Origin: Bugula neritina
Taxonomy: Eukaryota; Animalia; Bryozoa
Length of the DNA stretch: 64,000 bases
Assembly (NCBI GenBank): GCA_964035545.1
Contig: OZ037766.1
Span: 7,368,722-7,432,721, forward strand
Direction of reading: 5' to 3'
The notes beneath the pieces were generated by a model. It saw only the letters and a program-made list of their open reading frames with translations. It searched no databases and was not told the origin of the DNA. Below, piece after piece: positions 48,063 to 62,800 of this stretch (its first letter is position 1; every line of letters begins with the position of its first letter). The translations under genes were made by a program, and so were the position numbers.

Positions 48063-51000
48063 GTTACTTGTAGTATAACATAATGAATAATATATAGCCT
48101 ATATTAAAAGATATGCTTTAGATTGAATCAAAGCCTATCATTATTTATGTATTGCGTCCCGATATAACTAGTGCAGCTGGCATGCCAAGGTTGTACAGAT
48201 AAACACAGGGTCATCAAGTGAGTAATACAATCAAAATAAATTAATGGTTTGCATTAAAAGTGAAAACCTGCTGCGTAACAGCTCAGTGTAGACAAGGTAA
48301 TAAAATACTACAGATGGTTTTTATTAACACAGGTTATAACGCACTTGCATGTATTTTGTAATCAACCCTAGAACTTTTTTAATTTCTATCTACTAGGTAT
48401 ATGCCCCAGGAAGTATGTATCAATGTTTTAGTGTGTCATAAAATATTACCTAAAATTAAAGCAAAACAAAGGATATTTTTGTTTACATGTAGTTTTATGA
48501 ATAAAAATAAACACTGATATCTAGGTAAATTAAATATATTATATTATAAGGTGTAGACATAATTGGGACTTATGGTCATTGATTGTGTAATTAAGTTAAT
48601 TTTGACATCTGTATACAAATGCTAAGCAGCTAAAAATATGCAATAAAGTACCTGAAAATATTCAGAAAAGTTACCTAAATCCAAAATTCCTGTTCAGTTA
48701 AGGCGCTTGTAGACTGCATCACGAAGCAGCTTGCCACACAATATGACGTTAAAACAAGGCACTTCTCTAAAGTACCTTACCAGGCTCGGGAATAAGAATG
48801 CGACACATTAGGAATTATCTACTACTAAAGTGTCAAATGGTATATTATTTGGTTTTAGCTACACGAATTATTAGATGTATTTACTGTTTGTTGTATAATA
48901 TGTCATATAGTTGTACGACTTATAAAAGCCAAATATTTTAAGTTGGCACATTTTTAAGGCGACATTTCCCAAGGTATTTGCCGCCAATGAATGCAATCTA
49001 TTAGGTGCAAATACTAATGAGATTAAAGAAAGCTTGCAATCTGAGATGCTAAAAGCTGTTTCTTTAAATTAAGAACTTATGCTATATATTATGCTCCATA
49101 ATACTGTAGACCAATGACCCAAAACTGTAGACCACACAAATTTAAATTACAATTCATAGAAGAATTTCTAGCTGGGTAGTTTCATTTGTTTTTTCATTTA
49201 GCAGCATATAATAAAATATAGCCTGTGTTTTAATCATCTAAGCCAAAATTGGTGACTAATCTAAATGCTGCAGCAGCAAAGAATAAGAGTAGGCCTAATA
49301 GTAAAAATTAGTATCAGCTCTGTAGTACTTATAAGCATACTGAGCCCAACAAAAATGTTGTCAGCAAATGAACGGTGCATACACAATGTTAGTTGCAAAA
49401 ATTTATTATTAAATGTTATGCTCCGGCATAGGCTACTACCCTGAAGTTGCATTTAGCTAATAGCCAAGATGTCTGTAAATAATTTAATACTGAATAAACG
49501 TAATGTGTTGGGGAGTTTGTAAATCAAATTTTCGAGTTGTTTATTATATAGGTTACTTGAATGTGTAATTTATCCTGAGAAAGTTTCATTCAGTAATTTT
49601 CTCTACTTAGCAATTAAAACTCTTTGAATAATTAGTTTTACCTGTAATATGAGTTGTGTTTCGAAGTCTGTTAGGTGCAGTAAGAAGAATGATGAGGAAG
49701 CCCGTATAATAAATAGACCACATCTGGTGGTGAGATCACTTTAGCGTTAGTCAAATAATCTACAAACTATATCTACAAGTGATAATTAATTACTTTCTTG
49801 TTTGTGAACAAATTGCAATAATAATAATTTGCTATTATAATTATAGTGATCCTAAACTTTTGTGAATTTAGGAACTAAATAATGTGAATTTTTCTAAAAA
49901 AAAGTTTCTTCTAAATACAGTCTAGAAATCGAAATATCTATTCATTGATGGAATATTGTTATTTGAATTAATATAATTATAATGTCCTTTTAGCAAATTT
50001 ATATTTTAATCAGTGGTATTTATTATTTAAAAATAAGCAGAAACAACATTAAATTTTCCTTGAAAAGGGTTGTACAGAACTAAAACAACATAAACTTTAT
50101 TAATTGCTTATATGAAAATATCATATTTTGGACATTGCATAGTACATTGCCTTTAATGGAAACCATAACAAATAATCTTATTCAAATACACCATTCTTAT
50201 TGCTTCCTTTACATTCAACCTTAAATCATAAAAAATGGTTTTAGAGATTTACTGAAGCAGTGTCTTTGTGTTTTTGTCAGCTTATTTTCTGACAAATATA
50301 ACTATGTCCAGACCTGTTAGACAAAAAACATAGAACATGCATTATTGTACTATGAGATGATTTCAGACAAAGTTAAAAGACTGAAATCCCAGACAAATCT
50401 TGTCACATCAATAACAGAAAAATCCAATTAGCAATTCAATTAAAACAGGTAGCTTAGTTCTCCGCTGGTGGTCTGCTTATTACTTTTAATATATTATCCT
50501 TATTATTAATGTGCTGTAATAGATAGATAAATAAATATTTGTGTTGCCACAATACGTAGAGTGTGGTTTGGGGTCATGCTGAGTATAGAGGAAAAGCTAA
50601 AATAGTACCTGATTTAATTGATATAAGCTTAATTCTTAAGCTATGCACTTAGAAAAACTTTTTAATAGTCCTTAACTAAATCATTTTGTAGTAATTTAAA
50701 TTGTAAATATTTAATTTTTTAAACACCACCTGCAACATTATCTTTGCTAAAACGCTTATGAAGACTGCTCTCCTGGGTAAAATATGGCTCATGCACATAA
50801 TTAAAGCGTAGAAATGGGTTTCTGGTCTCATGTATTCCAAAAAACTTTTTAACAAGTACTTTCAATTATAATTGAGTAAACCAATCAAATTAAATAGAAA
50901 ATGACATTATTATTTGCAAGGTTGTTCTAAATGAAGTATAATAAACAGATGGAGAATGGGAAAAAATATGGAGTTACCTTATCACCGCATCTACACGCCT

Positions 51001-54000
51001 TGTATTACATAGTACAATAATACAGCTACACACCTTTGTATTACATAATATAGTAATATAGCAGTTATTGTATATGAATTACATAAAATATATGAGGAAT
51101 ATTATTAAGTAAGCAACTAAAAAGTTAACGAAAAAAGTTACTAGTTGCTAATTTGTTCCTAAGCTTATTTTAAAAGTTCCAAATGTTACAGCCTATATAA
51201 TATTTAGTGTGCCTTACACTTTTATTGCGAGAGCAAAAGAAATGTTTTATTCACACTAACCAATGAAAGAGGTCATCAAAAATACCCCTTCTCCGAATAC
51301 AGACCAGTTTGTGCCATACTAGCTTCTTTATCTAAGCCCCATGCTTGAAATGTGAAACCAACACTTATAAAGCAATTGTGTAGCTTTGTTTAGAATTTAT
51401 TGTTTTTGAAAACATTTTAGTAAATACTTGGTTTAACTTTTTAAGTTTAAAATGCTAGTATTTTTCTATAGTTTATGCTGTAGTCAGCATTAAAATTCCG
51501 TACCTATAATATTACATATTAATAGCTATTTAGTGTTTACAGGATTCACTAAAACCTGGAGGCCTGTCCCTATATAATAGATCTAACCAGGATATGGATA
51601 GCTTCAAAAACACAAAATTCTTAGTAATTCCTCCCATCAAAATTCTAAGCTGCCTCTAAGCTTAGTCCCAAACATAGCTAAGTGGGAAGCAGGGATAATT
51701 CTGTTTAGATCTAATGCACTTCTTTTCATATGACAAGGAATAATAGGCTATTACACACAGCAAGTTGGGTTCGAAATTTACTACAAACAAAAGATTTCCC
51801 TATAAACTGTTGTGTATAACTCTACCTTGTTGTGTCATAAATTATTGTTCATTTATTATTTTCTTTATTGCGGTAACAAACACAGCGATGATTATATTAA
51901 TGAGAATGTTAAGGCCTAGTTGGTTACAAGGCTTGCCATTTATTTTATGTTTGAGTTGAATGAGTAATGCATTGAATGTAAGCACATTTCCCACTTCTTC
52001 GGTGATTAAGTGTGTGCAGAAGTTTAACAAACTATCATTTGTACATCTGTGTAACTCGGACAAGGTAACAATATCATCGTGCCTGGCAACGATTATGTAA
52101 TAATAATAGTGGATAGTTTTGTGTCTTACAGTGAACAATGGCAATCACATTCTGCTTGTTTCCTCATTGCTTTGTTCACAGAGTGAGCTTGAAGCATTAA
52201 TCATTTTATACAAAGGCTTCTTTCTTTTTTAATTTGCTGTTCATAATTACCTAAAAAGATTTTGACACAAATCCATTCAATTAAAAGTCTTTAAAGACTG
52301 TATTGTTTTATAAAAACAAGGATTACAAAAAGGCAATCCACAGTTCTGTTGAGTCCTGGGCTACTTTGAAATCAGCATTAGAACCTGGGATGGATCTTAT
52401 CACTTTGGTCTTTCATGTTGAAAGTTTAGAAGTTACTATAAACTTTACAAAACAATCCAATAATAATATAATAGAATAATTATGCTCCTGTATTTGTCAC
52501 CTTCTATACTAAAGAGTATTTTTTTACTTTTTCAGCTGCATCATCATTGTTATTAATCGTTACTCCATGCATATTTATTCACAAATATTGTCATTGTCAT
52601 CTCATAGACTTCCTAAGGGCTTGAACCGTTTTGGGTCTATAACACCTTAAAAAGCCAAATTTCTATAATTATCTTACCATTCTGACAGACATGCAAGACA
52701 CAAAGTTCATGTTTACACCTCGTCTAACCAGGATGCTGGCCGGCTGCTATCCTATTACACGTTCTCCTCCTCATACCAAACATATTATGAATACTTACAA
52801 TTACTCAACACTATGTATGTTTACATTCTAAACTAAAGCAGACTTTATCTTACCTCTCTAACATCAACAGCATGCTGAGGTGAAACAAGTGGAATAACAT
52901 GACATGCCAGGGTAACCAGTTTGGGAGAATTACACAACCCAATCTTACAGAGATAGGAATAAATATATCTAATCTTCGTAACAAAACATTTTGTTACATT
53001 CAAAATATGCATAGAAAATTGACTGAAACAATTAACATAATCAACCTCTAATAATATTTATATTATCATAAAATCTTTTTGAAATATAAGGCATTGCAAA
53101 ATGTATTATTATAACAGTGTAAATATGTAAGTAATGCAGAAAGGGAATTAGTTGTAGTTTGCTGGCAGCTTCATCACCTCTATGTTTAGTCTACTGCTGC
53201 CTCTCAACAACTTTGCTCTCAGGAATGTCTGCAAATAGGTGTTACTTTCTTTGCACCTTGCTCATTTTTCCTTGCCAACAAAAGTACTCAACCTATGTAA
53301 TCTATTTGCGTAGTAGTTGTATCAATGCCTTTATTAACTGTGGTGTATTGCAAGTTATCTAACCGAGTATTTCAGCAATGCCTTGGTATCAATTGATGTG
53401 CTGATCAGGTATAACGATTTGTAAAAGCATTTTGCAAATTGATAGCTTGGTTAAACTATCAATTTACTTTTAATGTGCTTACATAAAAATCTAAATTATG
53501 GTAATTAATGCATTAAAAATTTTTAGAGTAGCTTTCAACTTTTAAGATTTATTTAATTCTAAAGTCTCAAATGGTCTTTTTAATAAATTTGTCACCCTTC
53601 ATTACTTGGTCTTGTGCAATGACGTGAAAATAGTCTATTTAATTGGCTAGCTTATTTAGCCACAGTGTTAAGAAAAACACAGACTTGTAAGCACTGTTTT
53701 CTTTATCTTGTCATATGATTTGTGAAGTTGGCCAGCTTCTTATTCTCCTCCAATACTGGTGTTAAGACGGTCAGATTTTCCAGCATTAGCTGGTCACTCA
53801 AAGAAAACAAATTATTCCTATTTTGGTTATAGCTTTAATGATTCCTCATCTGGTGTTTTCAGTTAGTCGAGACATGAAGATATTAAAAGAGTTGGGCAAT
53901 GTTAGTTTTTGCTTTCCATATTCTCAAAGAGAAAACAGAATGTACATCCTGAGTAAGCAGCAGACTATCTCAACTACTCGACTCAGCTACAAAATGCATA

Positions 54001-56395
54001 CCAACCTTGCACACAATTCTAATGTTGTTTTGACTTGGTTACAGTGCTATTTAATTATTAAAAATAGGAATTTGATAACAGAAGAGTATGCATTTCAAGT
54101 AATGGACATCACATGACTAAAGACTTTAAACTTGTGGTTGAGTTTTCGTAGGAAAATTTGGAGCTGTAAAGTTGAAATGTTAGCAGCAGATATAAAGTAG
54201 GATGTACAAGAAGCTGTTTGACACTTACAACATATAAGAGGCTCTTCAGATAGGAAGGCTTTCTAGGAGTTTTCAGCTAAGATGGCCGACTAATCACGGG
54301 ATTGACAATAGTTGACAATAATCATTAGAATTTTTAGCCCTTTTCCCAATAATTAGGATAATTGAGAAGAATAATGTTTAATGAAACACTTGACGCATTC
54401 AGTGGTTTGGGAGTTAAATATCTTAGACACCAGAGAGCCAGACTACCACATAATCCTATCTAAATTTTGATACCATCCAAATTAATACATAATAATAGTC
54501 TAACTTATGGCCTAGGTGATGGGATTTTAAACACTTGTATGTAAATCTTAAGGGCTGCTGAATTCCACTAGCCAAGGATTCTGCTCATTGGTGTCAAGAA
54601 GACCTGGTAAAACCCTGAGGAGTGGGCATTAAAGCCAAATCAGCTTACATTAACTGTGGATAAGTGCATATTAATGCAGTCTTATTTGTATTTGGCAACT
54701 AATAGAGTCATTGGCTAGGCAACTGCATATGGTACAGAGGTGCATATTTCTATTTTTTTCCATAAAAATTCATCTGTGACGAAATATGAATCCTGGTAAA
54801 TTTGATGTGCCAAAGGAGCCTATGACGTTGCTACATTGTTGTATTATTGTGATATTATTTGCTGATGCAATACTGACGTTACCAGTTTTAAATTTTAGGA
54901 ACATAATTTGAGATTTTATATTCTTAAGATTCTTAAAATAATTTAAAATAACTAGTTTAGTAAAATATTAGTTATGTAATTATTTGTGTTTATATTGGCA
55001 GCCTAAAGAAATACATTATTTATATCGTATAAGAAAACTTGTTTTTGTCTACAACTTTGTTGAAATTTGTTTTTTATTGCTTGTCATCTTAACTTTATAT
55101 ATTCTGATATAATACTACAAAATGCAATACATATTATCTTTACTCGTACAATGCAAAAACTTTTTATTTAAACTGTTATAAAAGAAATAAATTGTAAGTT
55201 TTTCCAAAAGAAATATGCTTTATATTCGCCTTTCTCAACCCAATTATCATTATAGTCGTAAGTGCAATGACTGTACAGCCGCAGCTTCTAGCAAAAAAGT
55301 TTGAATTTAGTCATAGAAAGTTATGTAATATTACTATTGTGGTAACGTAGCAATTCCAGCCATCTATTACTGAGAGTTTAATGAAAGCAAGGCTTTGTGT
55401 TGCTTCTTCCTTAAAACCTCAACTTTATACAAAAAAAATTATAAAGCATTGTTTGAGGTAACCCTATATAATATTTTATATCATGATATCACAAAAAGTC
55501 TAAATTACAGGGCATTTCAAACCTTATTCAATAGGCAACTGATGGCAATGACTGTCCTAAAATAAAAACTAGATAATTAGTTTTACCGTTTATATATTTT
55601 TAAGAGTTGTCTATCATTTTTAATTCATTCGGTCCAGCTCAGTAGCTGTTGTATTATTTATGATGGTATCAGAAATGCAGACGTATCATACTGCTCAATA
55701 GCATATCTATACTTTATGCATGCGTTCATTCCACGTTGAATTATATAATTGTTTTGCATTTTCTTTTATCCAATTGGTGTAGATATCAACCAACCAATGA
55801 AATAGATGGCACCAACGTAGACGACGTATACTAATATACGTCTCAAATTCCATACCTCTTATTGAAAAGTATTAAATTAATATAATAGAGACATCGCTTA
55901 AGATTACCAAGTATGCTGCATGAGTTTTCAATGGCTAGAAATCTGTAATGTCCGTCTGTTAAGCCTGCATGTATCTTAAAAACAGTATTAATGATAATAC
56001 AGCCTCTATATGGCAACCATAAAGATAGCCTACCATGTTTTACTGTGCAGTTTATAGACCATTGGATGGTCACTACTCACCAAATATCTAAATTAAACTC
56101 TCTCAGACTACCCTAAATCCCACACTTTATCTTATTTGTGTTAAGCCACAGCAACTACTTGATGTAATATTTTTGCATAGCGTCATACATGTACATGCTC
56201 TACAGTCGTGTGTCAAGATGTTGGATAGAGGAAACAGCAGTTATAGTAATAAAATAGTCATAAAACACGCTATAGAATACTATAATCACTATATAATTAC
56301 CTTTATTAAACACTGCAGTGAATGTCTTCTAATTCTGCCTGCATGTTAACTTATCCTATTTTATTCAGTCGCGTGGAGATAGTTAGAAGTGTGGA

Positions 56396-56398
<3 letters not shown>

Positions 56399-56441
<43 letters not shown>
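56399..56441. repeat. (TA)n microsatellite
   Basis: Perfect run. Confidence 0.95.
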
Positions 56442-56445
<4 letters not shown>

Positions 56446-59266
56446 TATAACAATAATAAAAAAATATTCGCACGTGCAGTCTTGACTTTGAAGCTAACAA
56501 TTATTATTTATTTTGTAATGAAGTAAAATAGCAAGAGCTCACTCACATCCTTAGCTACATAGGGACTGCTTTGAATACCTCTCAAACTGATGGAAGCCTA
56601 TTACAGGCTATATGTATTGCATCTGTCATTAAAACACAAAACTAGTAGGCTATAGGATGTAGACCTATACAAGCCTAGTGCTAGTGTCCTAAAGCATTCA
56701 TATGATGTATGGTGGCCTAAGTCAAGGTTGCCTGCCCATGTCTTCCTTAAAATTTAGTGTGTATTACCACTATATATCACTGTTCTTGTCTAGTCATGTT
56801 TGTTTATTATAACAAAGTAAATAATCCATTTTTGTTATGTCAGTGAATCAGGTAATTATGTTACACAAATAACACTGTGTGCCCTTTATTATAGTTTCAT
56901 ACCTGGTGCCCTAATATTGCCAATACTGCAATTTCATTTCATAATTAAAAAGTTTAAATTTAAAATACGACTTGATATATATGAGTATAGCATGTTATAG
57001 TAGTTTCAGAAATCCCTTAACAGTTGCTAACAGATTGTGGTAATTACCAGTTTATGATTATAATGACATTCAAAGCCAGCTCTAGCTTTTATGTTTGCCT
57101 AAAGTCCTTTAATGTATTTAACTATTAAAACACTATTCTACATTTTATCTATATACAATAAAAAGCTTTTTCTCCTATGTAAATTTTTGAGCATGATAGT
57201 GTAAATATGTATATATATAGATAATATATTAAAATATAATATATATCATTAAATATATAAATATAATATGCACAAAGATAATAATTTTCATCATACTTTT
57301 CTTACGAAACATTTAAATGGCAACTGTTATCTTAATGTGTATACAAACGTATTTTATACTGCCTCTATAAAGTTTAGACGTTGATTAAATTTATGAGATG
57401 GTTCAAACCAGCCTGTACTACTATTCTTATTTTCTGTAACAGTTCAATTGTTAAAAGGTTTCAGCACCAAAGTGTTGTGCTGGTAAGACAGTCTGTCAAT
57501 ATAGGCTTATAGGTCTATATGTGAAGCTTACAGCTCATAGAGGAATATAAAGTCTAAAATACTAACAGAAAAGTCGATAATGGAACAGGTGGAAAGTTGA
57601 ATCAGTGTTTGCTTTATATAAACAGTGTATTTCTGATGACTTGCTGTTATAATTGCTGCTATTTACAATTCCCAAACTTCGCATCTGTTCTCAACCAACC
57701 TACAGTTTCAGTTAGCTATACAGATAGAAGATATTGAACTGATATGGTTTAGCAGACATTGAATTAACGATTTTCTACAAAACAACATTTTCTCATCTCA
57801 TAAATCTTATTTTGTGTACAAAAAGTTAACCATTAGTATGCTTAGGTTTGTTATAAAGCAAAGAAGTACAGGCAATTTTGTTCAGCTATTACACTTCATT
57901 AGTGAGAGAAGTTTGGCATGGTAGATGAAATATCTTCGGTTGCTTGGCCATGACTTCCTCATTCTTTCCCTGTATTTTTATTGCACATATAAATATTAAA
58001 TTGTGCACCTTATTAAATCTGCTATGTAATAAATTGCTATACGTTATTTTAAAAATAGTATTTTTAATCCTTAGTATCTGTGATTGTGTTGACTTGAGAG
58101 CCTAGCGTTGGTGTGCTCATTTACTAATCAATATTTTAGCTGCTTTATTAATATTCCATCTACTTGCCAAATCTATCAATCTACCTGCTTTAAATAATGC
58201 AGATTTTATGGACAAAATTAGCTTCTGACATGACAATGATTAAGGCAATTTTGACTACTTCCCGTAATGTATGATTTCAGAGCTGGTGATAGGATTGATG
58301 AAGCAGCTTGCACTCTTGCTTTGTCGTCCACGTAAACCCAGAAAGTTTGTAAACTACATTTACCTTGTCTTATAACAAAATGTGTTGAATAATTAAAGTG
58401 CAGTACATTTGTTTTAGATATTGTAATAGAATCTCGTCATGGATCAAACTTGCATTTGCAGACAAAACTGATGGCAGCGAATTTATTATATCTGCAGGCT
58501 CTGAGGTCCTGACTAAACCATCTGCTATATCAAAGGTGTGTTGGTCTGTTGGTGCAATATTTACCTGCTTATAACAGCTGAAGCTGCACGTATACATTGG
58601 CTGTAACTCATTGCCATGTTCATTATAGAAATCTTAAATTTTACTGAGAGTAATAGTCAGTCTATGCGTGAATGTATGCACCACGTGCACACAATGGACA
58701 AGAAAGCAATCTCTATTGTTTCCTGTTTGTAGTATTTATTCGAAGAAATTTTAGTGATCTCAGTTTGAAAATTAAATAAATATAAATGATCTTACAATAA
58801 ATATTGTAATATGCACAAGCAAAAAGTATATCACTTTGTAAGAGTAATGAAATAAATAATAATACATAAACAAGTAATAATAATTAGGGTCAAGGAATTC
58901 CAGCCTTTGCATAGTTACAGCCAGTTTGCTGTAAAAATGTGTTTGTGTATTGCATGTGAGACCTCTCATGATCAAATACATCACAATTACTTTTAAAAAT
59001 TTAGCAAACGTGGACGGAATAAGGTTGAAAGTTAAACTTTCGAACTTGGAAACGGTTTTTGTTACAATGAAAGCAACTATAATAATAATAAATGACACGC
59101 TAGAGATAGAGCACGACTTGGTCAGATGGGTTCGGACACTGTTAATATACTAGATAGAGAAGCGGAGTGTGAGCGCCTGATTGCATAGTCTAGAGAATTT
59201 TTCGTAGTTGGACTGGTGTCTCTTCTAAGAGAGATACGTTGTGTAAACTTTGGCATATCATTTTTG

Positions 59267-59895
59267 TTAATCACTTCGAGTGTTACCATAACTGTCAGAG
59301 TCAGTACCACAGTTACCACCACCTCCTTCAGCGTTGCAGTAATTTACTAGTTGATGCTTATGTAGACGGGATCTGTAGTCTGATCGTACGACACCTTGAG
59401 TGAACTCATCGTCAAAATCATTGCCATCACGTGATGAATAGTCACTTCTGACTACTGAGAAATCATCAAAGTCGTAATCTGCAATAGCAAAGGATATGCT
59501 TAGAGTTATACCTAATCGAAATGCAACAAGAGAATAAATAGCACGGTTATGATAAATGACATTGGGATCAGGCAAAAAATAAGTTTCAACTAGCAACTAC
59601 CCATCATGCTATGTATGTAGTTCATTAAGGCAAAAATGTATTTAATCATTCTGAACCAAAAAACTGCAAGTTTCCCAATTTGTGAAAATGACAATAAAGC
59701 ATTAATATCTCTTTCTTACTGCCCAATCAGAGCTGTGAAGCTTAGCTGTAACAAGTCATTTCAACTGTAACGGCTTACTAGCTACAGGTGTATGACTTAA
59801 GCTCTACTAGGGTGCAACAGGGATAACTCAAAAAGGTTCTTGCTAGACCTACTGAGACTGAAAATAGCAGACTTACCAGTATTGGTGGAAGACAT
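59267..59895 (-). CDS. Candidate 76-aa acidic microprotein with an internal repeat; exons 59895-59877 and 59478-59267
   Basis: GCAAACATG start, G|GTAAGT donor and TTTGCTATTGCAG| acceptor give MSSTNTDYDFDDFSVVRSDYSSRDGNDFDDEFTQGVVRSDYRSRLHKHQLVNYCNAEGGGGNCGTDSDSYGNTRSD*. The amino-acid repeat uses different synonymous codons. Confidence 0.45.
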
Positions 59896-62800
59896 GTTTG
59901 CTCAAACAGGTTTTATGTGAGTATTAGAATGTAGCTAGGAAAATAATCCACTGAGGTAGTAAAAAGAATGAAGTCAATTCATGAAACAAATATCAAATAT
60001 GTTAGTAAATGACTTGGCGTTGGAGATGGTATCCTCACAATGCTAGGATTGGAAATGATTTCCATGGTGTAGAAGTCACAAATTTATACCTTGCAGCCTT
60101 AATCTTCCAGCGCCTTAAACCTACTGCATAACAAGAGAACTAAAACATATCAATGTGGAAACAGACGTGCACTGTTCGTGTCTTGGATCACAACAGCCAA
60201 TCATACTGCAGGTTGGTATGAGCTACACGTTGTTCAGGTTTCTATTACGTCTGTTATTCAGTTTACACACTACGCCTATGCGAGATGTGTCTATGAGTGT
60301 TATGAGAACTGACTACCTTGTTATCGTATATACTACACTATTCTTCAAATAATAATCACAACGCATGCACCTGAATGTAATATTGTATTGTAAAAATAGG
60401 CTATTGCAATGTGGAATGTACTACAGGTGGGCGTTATTTGCTGCTAACAATCATTTGAAAGGCTATTTTCAATTTCAACTATTTACTGAACGATGACTCA
60501 GTTTGTAATTTGAACCTGATTCGAATGCTAAGGTAACTCACCACTAAAGATGTAAACATTTATTTGTATTTATAGTCTGGTAACAAAATGCGAAGGAAGA
60601 ACTTCACATTTCTTATTGAAGTAAAATACTTTTACTTTTGAGTCATAGTAAAGCAACATTAGCAGAGATGATTAGTCATAATATAGAAACAATTGAAGAT
60701 TTAATCAACGATAATTCATAGGTGGGGAACAATCATAAAGAAATATTTTTGTCAAGGGTGTGCCTATTTCTTAATGAGTAATATTGATTTATGAGTAATA
60801 TATGAAAAGTTGAGAATCATTACAAAATTTTGAATTAAAAATATTAAGTTCAGAAATATTTTTAGCATTGTATAAAGTAATTTAGCTTGTCATAGCCATG
60901 CAAAGTGTTTAAATGTTTTCTTATTTAAATCAGCAACAATTGTCACAATTAGTTGGTGTGTTTTATATCAAATCTTCGTAAACAATATAAACAAACATAT
61001 TTATATAAATTTTACAGTTAGTTACTTTTTCTTTAAAATCTTGTGTAATGGCAATTTTCCATGAAAACCTTGTGAGATTCAAATTATTTGTTTAGATTTT
61101 ATTTCACCTTTAAACTCTGGAATTCAGCTATTCTTCAACTGATGGCCAATTGCTTTACTTCATCCTTCATTTTAACAAAGACAAAATTTATTTTACCGCC
61201 ATGCTAAACAACTCTCGCCAAAATCCTCCATTATTGATGCTCAACATATTACAACCAGTAGACATTGTAATCCAGGTATAAATCTAATTAAATGTTAATG
61301 ATTACCACAGGTATGGCTATGACACTATTCACATTGTTAAACTTTCTATAGACTATCCATCAAGCATTAATCTAAAGAAATGTATATAACATAGTTTAGA
61401 GTCATTCAAAGATTTATTGTTTCTCTGCACTTGTATACTACAAATATACCTACATTTTAATATAGCCTGAGCTACTAAAAAGCAATTACAGTAGGCAAAT
61501 GAACCCCCTCTACATCAAATTTAGGTAATTAATGCTTCAAACAGCTAGAAGAAAAGTAATTGGTACAAACACAAGTTTCTACTTGTCATCATTATCTGAT
61601 AAACAGAAATTGTAATTTTTTAATGACTGCAGCGCTGTAAACTATGGCAGAGTGAAATAAAAATATTTCTGTCAATGAAGTTGGATCAGAAACGCAACCA
61701 CTATGTTTAAAAGAAATACATCCCGATGCAATTTCACTGCTCGCACTTTGCCTAAAAGCATAAATAAAGCTCATTTGCAATATTTGCTTTAATATAACTT
61801 TTTCGAAGTACGTTGTACCTTTATAGCTACTAGACTTTCTTACTGTTTGCAAGGTAACTGTTAAGAACACAGCTATAGCCTAAAGCTCAAAATTGGTTCG
61901 CCAGTTTTAAAAGTATAAATATTGATGCTTCTTGGCCTTAATAATACAATTTTGTGCTTTCTACTTTTTACTGAATCAACTTTAAAAACATTCACCCTTT
62001 ACAGCAATTTTTTGGCATATATATTTTCTTACTTAATACAAGCTAACATCTTAAATAATTAATATTTACATTGATTTTGCTAGCAGAGTTATGCTTCTGC
62101 AATATAAAATATTTAACTTATGTTGAATGGATAACACAGCTTGTGTTGGAAAGTTTTCACCAGAAGATGATTATTCTGTCTAAAAAGTGTAAAATTGCTA
62201 AATAGTGTTAAAAAAAGCAGTTTCTGTTTTGAGATTGGCGGAAATGGCATTATTGGAAATATTTCTATTTTCAACTAACAATATTACAGTTAGTATCAAA
62301 CTGGCTGGAAGCAGAGTGTAGACTAAACCGAAAGCCATGAGACAGAATTATCCCTTCAGCTCCAAGGTAAAGTTGTTTACATTATATCTGGTTATTACAT
62401 GATGGCTAATAGCTAGTTGAAAGTATTTTGTATCTCTATCCATCTATCTCTCTTTATGTTAAAAACTGAATTGGGTTCAATAACAAATGATAGTATAATA
62501 TAATTTACTTTTGTACAAAGGGTGCTGCGAGATATCATCATCCAGGTTAGACGGAACCTAGATATAAATAGAGTTCTATTATGCAATTAATTTTGGAATT
62601 TGCATTTGAATGGTAACATGCTGCTACATTTAAGTGCATTTGACTCGGCGGAAGCAAGTAACTTCCAGTTGTTTGTTTAGTCACTGAAATATTTATCTAC
62701 TCATTTTCTGACTAATAAATTTTAAAAGCTTTATGTTTATGTAACAAGCAGAAGAAATTTTAGCGGGTAAAGTGAATCTATACAAATTATGTGCACAAGG

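Noticed and set aside
59122-59322. Overlapping minus-strand ORF (…RRSHSASLSS…) as a frameshifted continuation of the microprotein
   Set aside because: No splice or slippage signal links the frames; left unresolved.
60155-60210. VETDVHCSC as a fifth cystine-knot gene
   Set aside because: In-frame stop shortly upstream, no C-x4-C and no signal exon.
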